In this document: positions 28,665 through 39,347 of the stretch, one piece after another
Position numbering within the stretch: position 1 is the stretch's first letter
How the letters are laid out: each line of letters begins with the position of its first letter
NCBI GenBank assembly: GCA_011364985.1
Contig: RDOC01000001.1
Span: 358,532 to 422,531 of the forward strand
DNA from: Candidatus Thorarchaeota archaeon
Lineage (GTDB): Archaea > Asgardarchaeota > Thorarchaeia > Thorarchaeales > Thorarchaeaceae
Direction of reading: 5' to 3'
DNA length: 64,000 nt
Notes under the pieces: generated by a model
Told to the model about the DNA's origin: nothing
Databases searched by the model: none
Seen by the model: the letters and a program-made list of their open reading frames with translations, nothing else
Position numbers and translations under genes: made by a program

Positions 28665-29239
28665 TAGATTTACCCAATGAGCGCCTCTTCAAGGCAGATT
28701 GGGAGCACAACCCCATGAGAAAGCCCTTCGTGGCCAAGGTGGTCGTAGACATTTGCACTGGCGGAGGAGAACCTCTAAGCCGTGCATCGACAATTCTTGA
28801 AGAGCTGACGGGACAAATCCCAACGCAATCAAGGGCGCGCCAAACTGTTAGAGACTTTGGCATTCGAAGAAAGGAGCCCATTGCTGTTAGAGTAACTCTT
28901 CGTGATGAGAAGGCAGAAGACTTTCTATCAAGAGCTCTACAGGCCAAGGAGAAAATCCTCTTGGTACGTAATTGGGATGATGATGGCAACTTCGCCTTTG
29001 GAATCAGTGAGCACATCGATATTCCTGGTGTGAAATACGATCCTCAATTGGGCATCCAAGGTATGAACATCACGGTATGTGTAGAACGACCTGGTTACAG
29101 GGTAAAACGCAGACGACGAAGAAGAACAAAAATACCTTACAGACATAGATTAACTCCTGAGGAGAGCATGGCGTTCATAGCGGAGAGATTTGATGTTGAA
29201 ATCCTCGAGAAGGAGCGTGAGCGAACCTATCTGTTTTGA
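28661..29239 (+). CDS. rpl5: 50S ribosomal protein L5 (uL5)
   Basis: NPMR, FGIRR, GNFAFGI-x-EHID, KYDP. Confidence 0.96.
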   Translation: MIDLPNERLFKADWEHNPMRKPFVAKVVVDICTGGGEPLSRASTILEELTGQIPTQSRARQTVRDFGIRRKEPIAVRVTLRDEKAEDFLSRALQAKEKILLVRNWDDDGNFAFGISEHIDIPGVKYDPQLGIQGMNITVCVERPGYRVKRRRRRRTKIPYRHRLTPEESMAFIAERFDVEILEKERERTYLF

Positions 29240-29248
29240 GGTGAGACG

Positions 29249-29419
29249 ATGAGCGGCAAGAAAGAGCGAACAAAGCGGCGAAAGAAGATGGGTAAGGGAA
29301 GCAGAACGTGCACCCGATGTGGTACGCACCAAGCAATAATCCGCTCCTATGGGCTGAATATGTGCAGACGCTGTTTTAGAGAAACAGCTGAGAAGCTAGG
29401 ATTCCGCAAGTATAGTTAG
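29249..29419 (+). CDS. rps14: 30S ribosomal protein S14 (uS14), not in the ORF track
   Basis: Manual translation: ...[11 protein letters not shown]...[23 protein letters not shown]. Confidence 0.96.
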   Translation: MSGKKERTKRRKKMGKGSRTCTRCGTHQAIIRSYGLNMCRRCFRETAEKLGFRKYS

Positions 29420-29435
29420 AGGAGGCAGGTGAAGA

Positions 29436-29828
29436 ATGACACTACTAGATCCCCTTGCTGATGCAATGTCTAGCATCTACAATAGCGAAGTTGTTGGTAA
29501 GCCAGAGGTAATCATAGAGCCAGCATCCAATCTCATAGAAAAGGTGCTGAGAGTCATGCAAGTTCAAGGCTACATTGGGGAATTTGAACACATTGACGAT
29601 GGAAAGGCCGGACGGTTTCGCATACAGCTAATGGGACGGACCAATAAATGCGGAGTCATCAAACCAAGGTATCCAGTGAGACGTGATGGATTCGAATCTT
29701 TCGAGAAGAGATACCTTCCGGCCTACAACTTCGGAGTCCTAATTGTCACGACACCGCAAGGAGTAATGACACATAACGAAGCAAAGAAACTGGGAATAGG
29801 GGGCAGACTTCTGGCCTATGTGTATTGA
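29436..29828 (+). CDS. rps8: 30S ribosomal protein S8 (uS8)
   Basis: [30 protein letters not shown]. Confidence 0.96.
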   Translation: MTLLDPLADAMSSIYNSEVVGKPEVIIEPASNLIEKVLRVMQVQGYIGEFEHIDDGKAGRFRIQLMGRTNKCGVIKPRYPVRRDGFESFEKRYLPAYNFGVLIVTTPQGVMTHNEAKKLGIGGRLLAYVY

Positions 29829-29842
29829 AAGGTGAACTGACG

Positions 29843-30406
29843 ATGTCTAAGGGAGCAGTATATGAGAAACGCATTGAAATCCCAAGTGACTGCCAAGTCA
29901 CATTAGAAGATAGAACCTTCACCGTCAGTGGACCGAAGGGGACGTTGTCCAGAACATTCCCAGAGCCACAGACCACATTCACGATTGAAGGAAACGAAAT
30001 CGTTGCATCTACAGAAATCAGCAGAAAAAGATCAAAGGCCCTCGTGGGCACTGCCTTGGCACACTTGCGAAACCTGTTTGTTGGAGTGCAATTTGGCTAC
30101 ACTTATGAAATGAAGATTGTATACAGCCATTTTCCAATAACAGTAGAGGTCAAGGATAACGAATTGCTGATCAAGAATTTCATTGGTGAGCGGGGCATCC
30201 GTAAAGCTAAGCTGATCGGAGACGTCGACGTGAAGGTAACTGAGGATGAAGTAATCATTGATGGAATCGATATAGAGCATGTGTCGCAAAGTGCGGCAAA
30301 CATCCAACTTGCCACGAAGATTCGCGATAAAGACAGACGTGTCTTCATGGACGGCATCTATGTCATAAAGAAGAGAAAGGGTGAATCTGTTAAGTCCATC
30401 GTCTAG
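29843..30406 (+). CDS. rpl6: 50S ribosomal protein L6 (uL6)
   Basis: GPKG, YSHFP, NFIGE, DRRVFMDGIY. Confidence 0.96.
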   Translation: MSKGAVYEKRIEIPSDCQVTLEDRTFTVSGPKGTLSRTFPEPQTTFTIEGNEIVASTEISRKRSKALVGTALAHLRNLFVGVQFGYTYEMKIVYSHFPITVEVKDNELLIKNFIGERGIRKAKLIGDVDVKVTEDEVIIDGIDIEHVSQSAANIQLATKIRDKDRRVFMDGIYVIKKRKGESVKSIV

Positions 30407-30419
30407 GGAGGCATGATTG

Positions 30420-31406
30420 ATGTCAAAGAAACCAAAACTAACGGATATCTCAGGGCTGGGTCCAAAGACAAGGGAGGCTCTTGCAGAGGCAGGCATTAAG
30501 ACAGTCGATAAGCTGTCTAAAGCAGACCCGGTTAAGCTGGCTGCAAGAGTTGACGGACTCGGTGAAGCCCAGGCTAGCAAATTCATTGAAGCCGCTCAAA
30601 AGCTTGCGACGCCTCAGAAGACTGAAAAGAAAGCTGAGAAAAAAACACCAATGAAGACTGAGAAGAAGCCAAAGAAAGAGACGGTCAAGGAGGACAAGCC
30701 GGAACTAACCGATATATCTGGACTAGGCCCAAAGACAAGGGAGGCTCTTGCAGAGGCCGGTATTGTGGCAGTTGGTGATCTTTCTAAAGCAGACCCTGAA
30801 AGGCTGGCTGCAGAGGTGGACGGACTCGGTGAGGCCCAAGCAAGCAAATTCATTGAAGCCGCTCAGCAACTGGAACCAGTCAAGAAGAAGGAAGAGCCTA
30901 GCGAAAAGCCGAAGAAAAAACGGAAGAAGAAGGCTACCAAGGCGAAGCCCGAGATTCCAAAAAGGGACACCTTGATTGACCAAAGGCTCCTTCGAATTGC
31001 AAAGGAGAAAAGGCGGCGCCAACCCAGCTTCAAGCACGAACAGGCACATCGCTGGAAGAGAGTGAGTGATTCTTGGAGGAAAATCCGAGGAATCGATAGC
31101 GCCACCAGAGAGAAGATGAAAGGAAGAATTGCTATGGTTTCCCCAGGATATCGGAAGCCCAAGGCAGTTCGCGGACTGCATCCATCGAGGTTTGTGGAGA
31201 TGCCGGTACACCGACCTGACGATCTGAAGAGTCTGGATCCTGAAATCCATGCCGTGCGAATCGGTTCAACGGTGGGAATGAAAAAGCGTCAGGAGATTAT
31301 CCGAAAGGCAGACACAATGCTTCTCAGAGTGTTGAATCCTGGAGCACCAGAGGCTGTAGATGAGGCGGACCTCTTCACAGACCTAGAAGAATTGGAGGTC
31401 GACTAG
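30420..31406 (+). CDS. rpl32e: 50S ribosomal protein L32e with two N-terminal helix-hairpin-helix repeats
   Basis: C-terminal WRKIRGIDS, GYRKP, RGLHPS; N-terminal LTDISGLGPKT twice. Confidence 0.93.
   Translation: MSKKPKLTDISGLGPKTREALAEAGIKTVDKLSKADPVKLAARVDGLGEAQASKFIEAAQKLATPQKTEKKAEKKTPMKTEKKPKKETVKEDKPELTDISGLGPKTREALAEAGIVAVGDLSKADPERLAAEVDGLGEAQASKFIEAAQQLEPVKKKEEPSEKPKKKRKKKATKAKPEIPKRDTLIDQRLLRIAKEKRRRQPSFKHEQAHRWKRVSDSWRKIRGIDSATREKMKGRIAMVSPGYRKPKAVRGLHPSRFVEMPVHRPDDLKSLDPEIHAVRIGSTVGMKKRQEIIRKADTMLLRVLNPGAPEAVDEADLFTDLEELEVD
30438..30865 (+). repeat. Imperfect 161-bp direct repeat (30438-30598 and 30705-30865) inside rpl32e
   Basis: Shared blocks such as ccaaagacaagggaggctcttgcagaggc and gcaaattcattgaagccgctca. 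Confidence 0.92.
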
Positions 31407-31407
31407 A

Positions 31408-31860
31408 ATGAAGCTTACAACTCAACGGAGACTTGCCGCAGAAGTAATGAAGACTGGCATATCTCGAGTATGGATTGACCCTGAATTCGAGGATGAAGTT
31501 TCGCTGGCAATTACCAGAGCAGATATCAGAAGGCTTATCGACGAGGGAGCCATTCAGTCAAAACAGAAGACAGGTGTCAGCAGAGGAAGAGCTCGTCATA
31601 TTCTCAGTCAGAAGCGAAAAGGACAGAGAGAAGGTCCTGGAAGGAAGAAGGGAAAAGCCACCTCCAAGCTCTCTAAGAAAGAACGCTGGATGATGAAAAT
31701 CCGCCCTATGCGTAAGGAATTACAGAAACTAAGAGATGAGGGGAGAATATCGCCTAGAGTCTATCGAAATCTGTACCTAAAGGCAAAGGGAAATGCATTC
31801 AGGAACACTGGACATCTTCGCACCTATATATCCGAACGTAAGCTGGAGGTGAAGAAGTGA
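31408..31860 (+). CDS. rpl19e: 50S ribosomal protein L19e
   Basis: QRRLAA, RVWIDP, GPGRKKG, YLKAKG. Confidence 0.96.
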   Translation: MKLTTQRRLAAEVMKTGISRVWIDPEFEDEVSLAITRADIRRLIDEGAIQSKQKTGVSRGRARHILSQKRKGQREGPGRKKGKATSKLSKKERWMMKIRPMRKELQKLRDEGRISPRVYRNLYLKAKGNAFRNTGHLRTYISERKLEVKK

Positions 31861-32615
31861 TGGCTCAAGGTCCAACATACCGGGTCAAGTTCAGACGCAG
31901 ACGTGAAGGAAAAACAAATTACTACAAGAGACGACGGTTGTTGTTATCCAGAAAACCAAGATTAGTAGTGAGAAAGACAAATAGCAGAACGATTGTCCAA
32001 GTCATCACAGCAAATGTTGTTGGCGACATGACGATTGCATCAGCGCAGTCAACCGAACTCAAGAAGTATGGATGGGATGCTGGAAGGGCGAATCTTCCCG
32101 CGGCATATCTGACAGGATTTCTAGCAGGACTTCGTGCCAAGGCAAATGGAATTGATACCGCAGTCTTGGATATTGGGCTGATTCCTCCAGTGAGAGGTTC
32201 GAAAGTCTATGGAGCCCTCAAAGGAGCAATTGATGCTGGAATGGATGTGCCCCATGATGAGGAAATCATTCCCGATGGGGACAGGCTTTCTGGCAAACAC
32301 ATTGTGGACGCCTTCAAGTATTATACTGATAATCCTGCGGATGGTCATGTTTTTTCGAAACTTGGAAAGAAGAAGACAGCAATAACAACCATTCCAAAGC
32401 AGTTCGATGCAGTAAAGAAAGCAATGCTTGAGACTCCCAAGACCGATTTGAAGAAGAAGAGCAAGAAAAAGCCCGCGGCAAAGCCAGCTGCTAAGAAGAC
32501 CACTAAGAAGGAGAAAAAGCCCAAACTTGAGGAAACACCGCCTAGGGCTGTTCCTCGGAAGCCAAAACCAAAGAAGCTGATATCTCGAGGAAGAGGTAAG
32601 AAAGGGAAGAAGTAG
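31860..32615 (+). CDS. rpl18: 50S ribosomal protein L18 (uL18) with Lys-rich C-terminal tail
   Basis: [30 protein letters not shown]. Confidence 0.95.
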   Translation: MAQGPTYRVKFRRRREGKTNYYKRRRLLLSRKPRLVVRKTNSRTIVQVITANVVGDMTIASAQSTELKKYGWDAGRANLPAAYLTGFLAGLRAKANGIDTAVLDIGLIPPVRGSKVYGALKGAIDAGMDVPHDEEIIPDGDRLSGKHIVDAFKYYTDNPADGHVFSKLGKKKTAITTIPKQFDAVKKAMLETPKTDLKKKSKKKPAAKPAAKKTTKKEKKPKLEETPPRAVPRKPKPKKLISRGRGKKGKK

Positions 32616-32628
32616 AGGTTGATAAAGA

Positions 32629-33300
32629 ATGAGTAGAAGAAGACGCCGTCAACCAAAACCTGAGATAAGTCCTCTGGACGACTGGGTTCCCAAAACATCT
32701 CTTGGGATGTTGGTGAAAGAGGGGCATATCAACAGCATTGAAGAAATCTTCCGGAACAACTACGTGATTCGAGAGCCAGAGATCATTGACGTTCTAATAC
32801 CGGACCTTCGTCAAGAAGTCGTGGATGTGAGCATGGTACAGAGACAGTCTGATAGCGGCCAGCAGAAGAGCTTCAGAATCACTGTTGTTGTTGGAAATGG
32901 AGAAGGAATCATTGGCATTGGTATAGGCAAAGCCGCTGAGTTCGTGCCTGCTGTTCGTGCAGCTGAAGCTCGAGCCAAACTGAATGCAACAGTATTCAGA
33001 AGAGGATGTGGATCTTGGGAATGTAGATGTGGCGAGCCGCATAGCATACCCTTTGAAACAGATGGGGCAGCAGGTTCTGTTAGCGTTACTCTACGTCCAG
33101 CACCAAAAGGCACTGGTCTCGTGACAGCAGATGTAGGAAAGATTGTCTTGCGAATTGCTGGTTTGAAAGATGTTTGGTCAATAACCAAGGGTCGATCCAG
33201 AACGTCCTCAAATTTCGCTAAGGCATTTGTAGACGCTTTGACACGAACATATAGAGTCCTGCCTCCGCAGGAATGGATGTCATCAGGAGTGTCTGAGTAA
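32629..33300 (+). CDS. rps5: 30S ribosomal protein S5 (uS5)
   Basis: WVPKT-x-LG, RRGCGSWEC, PAPKGTG. Confidence 0.96.
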   Translation: MSRRRRRQPKPEISPLDDWVPKTSLGMLVKEGHINSIEEIFRNNYVIREPEIIDVLIPDLRQEVVDVSMVQRQSDSGQQKSFRITVVVGNGEGIIGIGIGKAAEFVPAVRAAEARAKLNATVFRRGCGSWECRCGEPHSIPFETDGAAGSVSVTLRPAPKGTGLVTADVGKIVLRIAGLKDVWSITKGRSRTSSNFAKAFVDALTRTYRVLPPQEWMSSGVSE

Positions 33301-33782
33301 TGAGTTCGGAAGGAAGAGTGATACTGGCAATCAGAGTTAGAGGACAGGTGGGAGTTCGACCACAAATAGAAGATACGCTAAATAAACTACTTCTCGGAAG
33401 GCTTCATCAGGCGCGAGTCTTGAAACTCACGCCAAGCATCCTAGGTATGATTACAAAAGTGAAGGATTACATCACTTGGGGAGAAATTGATGAAGAAACG
33501 GCAGTCCTTCTGCTTAATAAACGTGGACGGCTGCCGGGGAACAGAAGGCTCACAGATGCATATGTTAAAAGCAATTCTAGCTATAGAACGATTAAGGCTT
33601 TTGCAAAAGCAATTGCTGAAGGCAATGCAACGATGAAGGATGTTGCAGAGCTCAAGCCAGTCTTTAGGCTGACTCCACCCAAGAAGGGTTACAAAGGAAA
33701 GAAGACCCAGCCATTGGCAATGGGCGGGGCAACTGGTGATAGGGGTTCAGAGATAAATGCTCTAGCCCAGAGAATGATTTGA
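33300..33782 (+). CDS. rpl30: 50S ribosomal protein L30 (uL30)
   Basis: IRVRG, DYITWGE, FRLTPPKKG. Confidence 0.95.
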   Translation: MSSEGRVILAIRVRGQVGVRPQIEDTLNKLLLGRLHQARVLKLTPSILGMITKVKDYITWGEIDEETAVLLLNKRGRLPGNRRLTDAYVKSNSSYRTIKAFAKAIAEGNATMKDVAELKPVFRLTPPKKGYKGKKTQPLAMGGATGDRGSEINALAQRMI

Positions 33783-33792
33783 GGTGATAGAT

Positions 33793-34338
33793 ATGAGTTG
33801 GGATGATGACCCATTCGACACAGATGACCCGAGAAAGGCAATAAGAAAATGGTTTGGCGACTTCCTACCAGAGGGAGTCTTCACTCAAATTGACGAGCTA
33901 ATGGACCAAATGATGCGTGAGATGGAGGAAGGGAGCATGTTTGACATGAAATCGATCGAGGAATTCCTTCGTGAGAATCCACAGGGGACGAATCCGTTTG
34001 TCTTTGGATTTTCAATGAGAATGGGACCTGATGGCAAACCAGTTATTCAGAGGTTTGGGAATGCCCCTTCACCAGATGGTATTCGGATGACGCCTGAGCT
34101 GGAACCACTTGTTGATGTCATTGAAGAGGGGGATGAGATAGTAGTAGTTGCAGAAATGCCGGGTGTTTCAAATGATGAGATTAAGATCAGAGTAAAGGGA
34201 AAAGAGCTTACAATAAAGGTGGAGAATCCAGAGAAGCCATACAGCAAGACCCTGAACCTGCCAGCTGAAGTAAGCAAAGAGGACGCAAAGTCCACCATCA
34301 GGAACGGTGTTCTTGAGATCCGGTTAAAAAAACAATAG
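33793..34338 (+). CDS. hsp20: Small heat shock protein (archaeal Hsp20)
   Basis: FGFSMRMGPDGKP-x-I-x-x-FGN, EPLVDV, AEMPGV, NGVLEI. Confidence 0.93.
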   Translation: MSWDDDPFDTDDPRKAIRKWFGDFLPEGVFTQIDELMDQMMREMEEGSMFDMKSIEEFLRENPQGTNPFVFGFSMRMGPDGKPVIQRFGNAPSPDGIRMTPELEPLVDVIEEGDEIVVVAEMPGVSNDEIKIRVKGKELTIKVENPEKPYSKTLNLPAEVSKEDAKSTIRNGVLEIRLKKQ

Positions 34339-34349
34339 GGGAGCTATCC

Positions 34350-34802
34350 ATGAAAGAAAAAAGGAAATCTAGGAAGATCAATAAACTTAGAGGTCAAAGG
34401 TCAGCTGGGTATGGATACACTAAGGGTCACAGAGCCTCAGGCCAGAGAGGAGGAAAAGGCAACGCGGGGTCTAAGAAGCACCATTACATAAAAGTCGTGC
34501 AAGAAGACCCAAGGTATTTCGGGAAATGGGGCTTCAAACGCCCTCAAAAGCTCCAAGATAACAAAAGGGCAGTCAATATTGGCGACATAGACAAAGCTGC
34601 GGACAGGCTTACTGAAGCTGGAAAGGCAACAAAGAAGGGGAAGAAGTACACAATCGATGTTACATCCTTGGATATCGATAAGATACTAGGATCAGGAAAA
34701 GTCACAAAACCGTTAGATCTCGTAGGAGTCAAAGAATGTTCTAGCCGAGCTCAAGAGAAGATTGTGGCCAAGGGCGGCTCAATCGACATAGCTGCTGAGT
34801 AG
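34350..34802 (+). CDS. rpl15: 50S ribosomal protein L15 (uL15)
   Basis: RGGKGNAG, FGKWGF, KILGSG. Confidence 0.95.
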   Translation: MKEKRKSRKINKLRGQRSAGYGYTKGHRASGQRGGKGNAGSKKHHYIKVVQEDPRYFGKWGFKRPQKLQDNKRAVNIGDIDKAADRLTEAGKATKKGKKYTIDVTSLDIDKILGSGKVTKPLDLVGVKECSSRAQEKIVAKGGSIDIAAE

Positions 34803-34969
34803 CGGTCTTGAATCATGAAGAGAAGCAGCAATTCTCCAAGATTTGCGATTCCGCATCAAAGTTGTGAAGACATGGGAATTGAATGCGATTTTGTGTACTA
34901 ACCGAACCATTACCTTTAAAGGGTTAGTCAAATCCCAAACCGAGAATACCTGCAGGAGATGTCAATGAT

Positions 34970-36433
34970 TTGACTTCCACGTTCCTAAAAGCCTTGTCAC
35001 CATTTGTCCGTGTGATGCCGGAGGTAAAGGCTCCTGATCGAGAGGTGTCCTTTCGAGAAAAGATTGTTTGGACAGCGGTAGTGCTAATCATCTTCTTGCT
35101 TATGAGTCATATACCCCTTTACGGGGTCAACCAAGACGTCGGAACTGACTACCTATGGGCTTTGCGTGTTATCCTCGCCAGCACAAGGGGCACGCTGATG
35201 GAGCTAGGAATTGGACCGATTGTCACTGCAGGACTGGTAATGCAGCTTCTATCAGGTTCCAAAATTATCAATGTTGATTTTGGGGACCCAGAGGATAGAG
35301 CTTTGTTCACAGGAGGACAGAAAGTCCTTGCAATGTTTATGACTGCATTTCAGGCAGGAGCATACATCTGGGGAAATGCCTACGGAGAACTTCAGCCCGT
35401 AGAGATGGTATTAGTATTCATGCAGCTCCTTCTCTCCGGAATAATCGTCATTCTCATGGACGAACTCATTCAGAAGGGATGGGGCCTCGGATCAGGTGTA
35501 TCCCTATTCATCATGACTAACGTGGCTGGCCAAGTGATGTACAATTCGCTTAACTTCATTGATGTTGAAGCTGACACCAGCCTTCCAAAAGGAATCATCT
35601 CTGCACTCTTTGCCAACATGATGAGAGCACTGACTGGAGATAATCCGGTTGAGTGGAGTTGGTTTGTAATCCGCGACGGTTTGAATCCCAGCATTGTTTC
35701 TCTAATAGTCACTCTGATCATTATGCTGTCCGTCATCTGGATGGAAACGGTCCGTGTAGAGATCCCTCTTCAATACAGCAAGTATCGAGGCATGAAAGCA
35801 AGATATCCGATTAAGCTCCTCTACACATCGAATATCCCGGTCATCTTGGCTCAAGCGCTCTTCGCCAATATTATGTTCTTCGGCCAGATAATCTACACCA
35901 ACTTCAATCCTGGAGGAGTTAATCCGTTCCTTAATTGGATAGGAGAGTTCGAGCCCGCAAATGATGGGACAAACCGGATGATAGCCACATCAGGGTTATG
36001 TAAATACGTCACGCCACCGCAAGGTATCTTCAGTCAGACCATAGAATTCGACCTTGTACACGTTCTAGTGTACGCGGCACTGATGGTAGTGCTATGTTGG
36101 GGCTTCTCGAAGATCTGGGTTGATATCTCAGGAATAGCCCCAAGAGATGTTTCTCGGCAGCTCTTGAACTCAGGATATATCGTTCCTGGTTTCCGGACAA
36201 GCGAGAAGATACTTGAGAGACTGCTTGACAGATATATTCCAGTAGTTGCAGGTCTTGGAGGTCTATTGGTTGGAATCTTGGCTGCAGCCGCGGATATTAT
36301 GGGAGCCCTAGCCAGTGGCACCGGAATTCTACTGATGGTATCAATTATCAAGCAATATTATGAGCAGCTGGCTCGTGAGCAGCTAGCCCAAATGGGCGGC
36401 GAAGGAGTAGCTGGTCTCCTCGGCATAATTTAG
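34970..36433 (+). CDS. secY: Preprotein translocase SecY/Sec61alpha
   Basis: LMELGIGPIVT, KGWGLGSG, YPIKLLYTSNIP, GTGILL. Confidence 0.97.
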   Translation: MTSTFLKALSPFVRVMPEVKAPDREVSFREKIVWTAVVLIIFLLMSHIPLYGVNQDVGTDYLWALRVILASTRGTLMELGIGPIVTAGLVMQLLSGSKIINVDFGDPEDRALFTGGQKVLAMFMTAFQAGAYIWGNAYGELQPVEMVLVFMQLLLSGIIVILMDELIQKGWGLGSGVSLFIMTNVAGQVMYNSLNFIDVEADTSLPKGIISALFANMMRALTGDNPVEWSWFVIRDGLNPSIVSLIVTLIIMLSVIWMETVRVEIPLQYSKYRGMKARYPIKLLYTSNIPVILAQALFANIMFFGQIIYTNFNPGGVNPFLNWIGEFEPANDGTNRMIATSGLCKYVTPPQGIFSQTIEFDLVHVLVYAALMVVLCWGFSKIWVDISGIAPRDVSRQLLNSGYIVPGFRTSEKILERLLDRYIPVVAGLGGLLVGILAAAADIMGALASGTGILLMVSIIKQYYEQLAREQLAQMGGEGVAGLLGII

Positions 36434-37110
36434 CAGTATAGTCCTCTCCATCTCATCAGAATCCAATCTTGGCTTGTCCTCTGGTTCCAAGTCGATAACC
36501 ATGACATTGTATGAATGGCATCCGACTCCACAGAACAGAATATGCATGTCTAGAATGAAAGAAGATATTCTATGCAATATTGAAGTGGATAGTCTGTGTA
36601 AAGGGCCTCCAATGATATGATGCATGAGGTGGGAGTAATAGGGACGGACGTTCCTGATTCAACCAGTTCAATTGAAGTGAAGAAGGGCGATATTCTCCGA
36701 TGTAAGATGCGAGTATCCGACTGAGAAAGATGGGCGTGGTGCACAGACGCGTATGACAAGCCAGCTTGAACATCAAAAGCATATCGTCTCAGAACTCCGG
36801 ACACAAGCATGCATAAGACGGTCCAATCTTCCGGCTCCTTCGGAATCTCTCTTGGCAGAGGAGAAGCTGTTATGATAATGCATGAGAAAGCAGTGCCAGG
36901 CACGAGTATAATCGTCAAGTGCTAAGAGAAACTGGATATCTGTTGAGTATCTTCAGTTAGCATATTGGGTCATGATAGTGAATGCTAAACAACTGAAACC
37001 GTCAAATCGGACTCAGACTAGGAAACATACGCTGGTTGGCCTTTCTGGTAAACCTATTATGGGGCTTTTCTACGTGAAAATGATACAGAAGTTATCCTGG
37101 GGTCACAAGA

Positions 37111-38145
37111 TTGGCTAATAGCAGAGTTCGGTACTTCATACCCACGTTCATTTTTCTCCTTGGTGCATATTACTCAGTTGACATGATCTTGAGGGTCACC
37201 GAAGCAATTCCGCCCATAGAAACATACAACATCATGAACGTTCCCATAACAATAGACCTCGCGGTGTTCTTGGTGGCTGCAATTCCAGCTTATATCATCG
37301 AGTTTGCACTGCTAGCTATTCCTGGAGCAATGCTGCTACTGCTCTTTGCCAAAACGTGGAGGGCGGCTTCCTACGAAATCAACATCATGAATATTGGCAC
37401 AAATTTTGGCGGCGTCAGAATGGTTCGAAGAGCCTTGGCTCCAGCTCTCTTTAGCCTTAGCTCTTCAGCACAGCTACAGGCTCCTATTCAGAACTTCCTC
37501 TTTGGGGGTGTTCCCGTAATTCCAGGGGGGATGGAACTGCAGTATCGTATTGCCCTAACACTGATGTCATCGCTGCTCTTCCTCCTAGTATCGCTGGCGT
37601 TGTTTATGCCAACTTGGGTCCTGAATGACTCAGGAATTGTATCTCATCTGCGTGACGACAAGCTTGAAGTAAGACAATGTCCAGACACGCAGGGCGTAGG
37701 GAGATGGGTCGGAAATGTGCTTGGGGGATATGCGTTAGTAGCATACCCAATTTCCATGTTTGAGAAATACTTCTGGACTCCGCTTTCTGTCGAAGGCGCA
37801 GCGTTCATTGCTTCGGGGGATTGGATGCTTAGCATTATTTGGGTGATTGGCCTTCCGTTTCTTGTGATGGCGTTCGTTCTTCCAGCCGTCGGCGCGAATG
37901 AATTGGCTCAAAAGAGAATCAGAAAACGAATAACAAGTTTTGCAAGCAATCTCGGATCGGTTGTTGTACTCAAGCCTCATATTGAGAAGATAGATACAGA
38001 GAAAGCCTTGGCTGCCCGAAAGAAGCATATCAAGAAAGAAGGAATTTTGGAAACCGAAGAGGTGGCAGAGATCATCATTTCTCAAAAGGAGTTCAAGAAA
38101 CCAAAGAAGACAGCAAAGAAGAAGACTTCGAAGAAAAAGAAGTGA
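37111..38145 (+). CDS. Hypothetical multi-pass membrane protein with Lys-rich tail
   Basis: About 6 hydrophobic segments in 344 aa. Confidence 0.75.
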   Translation: MANSRVRYFIPTFIFLLGAYYSVDMILRVTEAIPPIETYNIMNVPITIDLAVFLVAAIPAYIIEFALLAIPGAMLLLLFAKTWRAASYEINIMNIGTNFGGVRMVRRALAPALFSLSSSAQLQAPIQNFLFGGVPVIPGGMELQYRIALTLMSSLLFLLVSLALFMPTWVLNDSGIVSHLRDDKLEVRQCPDTQGVGRWVGNVLGGYALVAYPISMFEKYFWTPLSVEGAAFIASGDWMLSIIWVIGLPFLVMAFVLPAVGANELAQKRIRKRITSFASNLGSVVVLKPHIEKIDTEKALAARKKHIKKEGILETEEVAEIIISQKEFKKPKKTAKKKTSKKKK

Positions 38146-38154
38146 GATTAGTCC

Positions 38155-38640
38155 ATGTTTCAATTCTGGCAGCGAGATGAGAAATCCCTTAGGGAGAAAG
38201 TCTTTGTCTACGTTACAAGAGGAAGTGACCTTCTTGTATTCACAGAACGTGAGTTCGAGCGTTCTGGCCTTCAGATACCTGCAGGTTCACCCAAGGAAGG
38301 TGAATCGCTAGAACAAGCGGCACTACGAGAAACGCAAGAGGAAACAGGCCTTTTGGAATTATCAGAAATAGAATACTTGGGTTCTGTTGATGTGGACCAA
38401 TCCAAGTATGGCATACACGAAATCCATAGACGACATTTCTATCATGTCAAAACATCAGAAGAAACTCCTGAAAGATGGGCGAATGAAGAGAAAGACCCGA
38501 GCATCGTAACGGATTCTACTCCAGATCGGATAGTATTCGATCTATCTTGGATTTCGCTCATAAGAACCAGACCGAAGCTGGCTGAAGACCATGATGCCTT
38601 TCTTTCGAGTATTATTGAGAAGATAGTGCATCAAATGTAG
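38155..38640 (+). CDS. NUDIX hydrolase
   Basis: G-x5-E-x7-RE-x-x-EE-x-G Nudix box. Confidence 0.9.
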   Translation: MFQFWQRDEKSLREKVFVYVTRGSDLLVFTEREFERSGLQIPAGSPKEGESLEQAALRETQEETGLLELSEIEYLGSVDVDQSKYGIHEIHRRHFYHVKTSEETPERWANEEKDPSIVTDSTPDRIVFDLSWISLIRTRPKLAEDHDAFLSSIIEKIVHQM

Positions 38641-38749
38641 GAGAAAAAGACGAAACAGACATGCTTGGGAAACATGCTTACAGAAGCTATATAAAACGCA
38701 TAGTTAGTGCTGCCCACAGCTCACAAGCACAAAATGGGTGAATGAGATT

Positions 38750-39340
38750 ATGGCAGATGATAGGAATATTGTCATTGTGACAGGAATTCCCGGTGTTGGA
38801 AAGACCACAGTGATAAACGAAGCAGTTGAAGAGGTGAAACAAAACCACAATGAATCAGTTCTGGTTCTAAACTTTGGGACCGAGATATTTCAAATTGCAT
38901 CCAAAAAGGGATTGATTGAAGACCGGGACCATCTTCGGAAGATGCCAACAGCCAAGCAACGAGAAGTCCAGCGAATGGCAGGAGAAGCAATTGCTGAAAA
39001 GGCAAAGAAAGCCAAGGTCATCATTGACACTCATACTCTGATTCAGACCAACAACGGATTTCTTATTGGACTCCCAGAGTGGGTTGTGAGAGCGATTCAA
39101 CCAAAGACGTTGGTTCTGGTTGAGGCAGACCCTGAAAGAATTGCAGAGAGAAGAAGTTCGGATGAAACAAGAACGCGAGATGCACAGCTTGTCGAAGATA
39201 TAGATACTCACCAGAGAATGTGCAGGGCCGCTGCTACAACTGTGGGCACTCTAACTGGTGCAACCGTTAGAATAATCAAGAACCGTGAAGGTAAAGTAGA
39301 GGAAGCTGGTAAGGAACTCGCGGCAACAATAATGGAGTAG
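38750..39340 (+). CDS. adkA: Archaeal adenylate kinase
   Basis: GIPGVGKTT, NFG, IDTH and GLP motifs; canonical position after secY. Confidence 0.94.
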   Translation: MADDRNIVIVTGIPGVGKTTVINEAVEEVKQNHNESVLVLNFGTEIFQIASKKGLIEDRDHLRKMPTAKQREVQRMAGEAIAEKAKKAKVIIDTHTLIQTNNGFLIGLPEWVVRAIQPKTLVLVEADPERIAERRSSDETRTRDAQLVEDIDTHQRMCRAAATTVGTLTGATVRIIKNREGKVEEAGKELAATIME

Positions 39341-39347
39341 GCAACAA

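Noticed and set aside
27351-33365. Long antisense ORFs across the ribosomal operon (e.g. 27351-28019, 30032-30586, 32811-33365)
   Set aside because: Shadows of well-supported + strand genes
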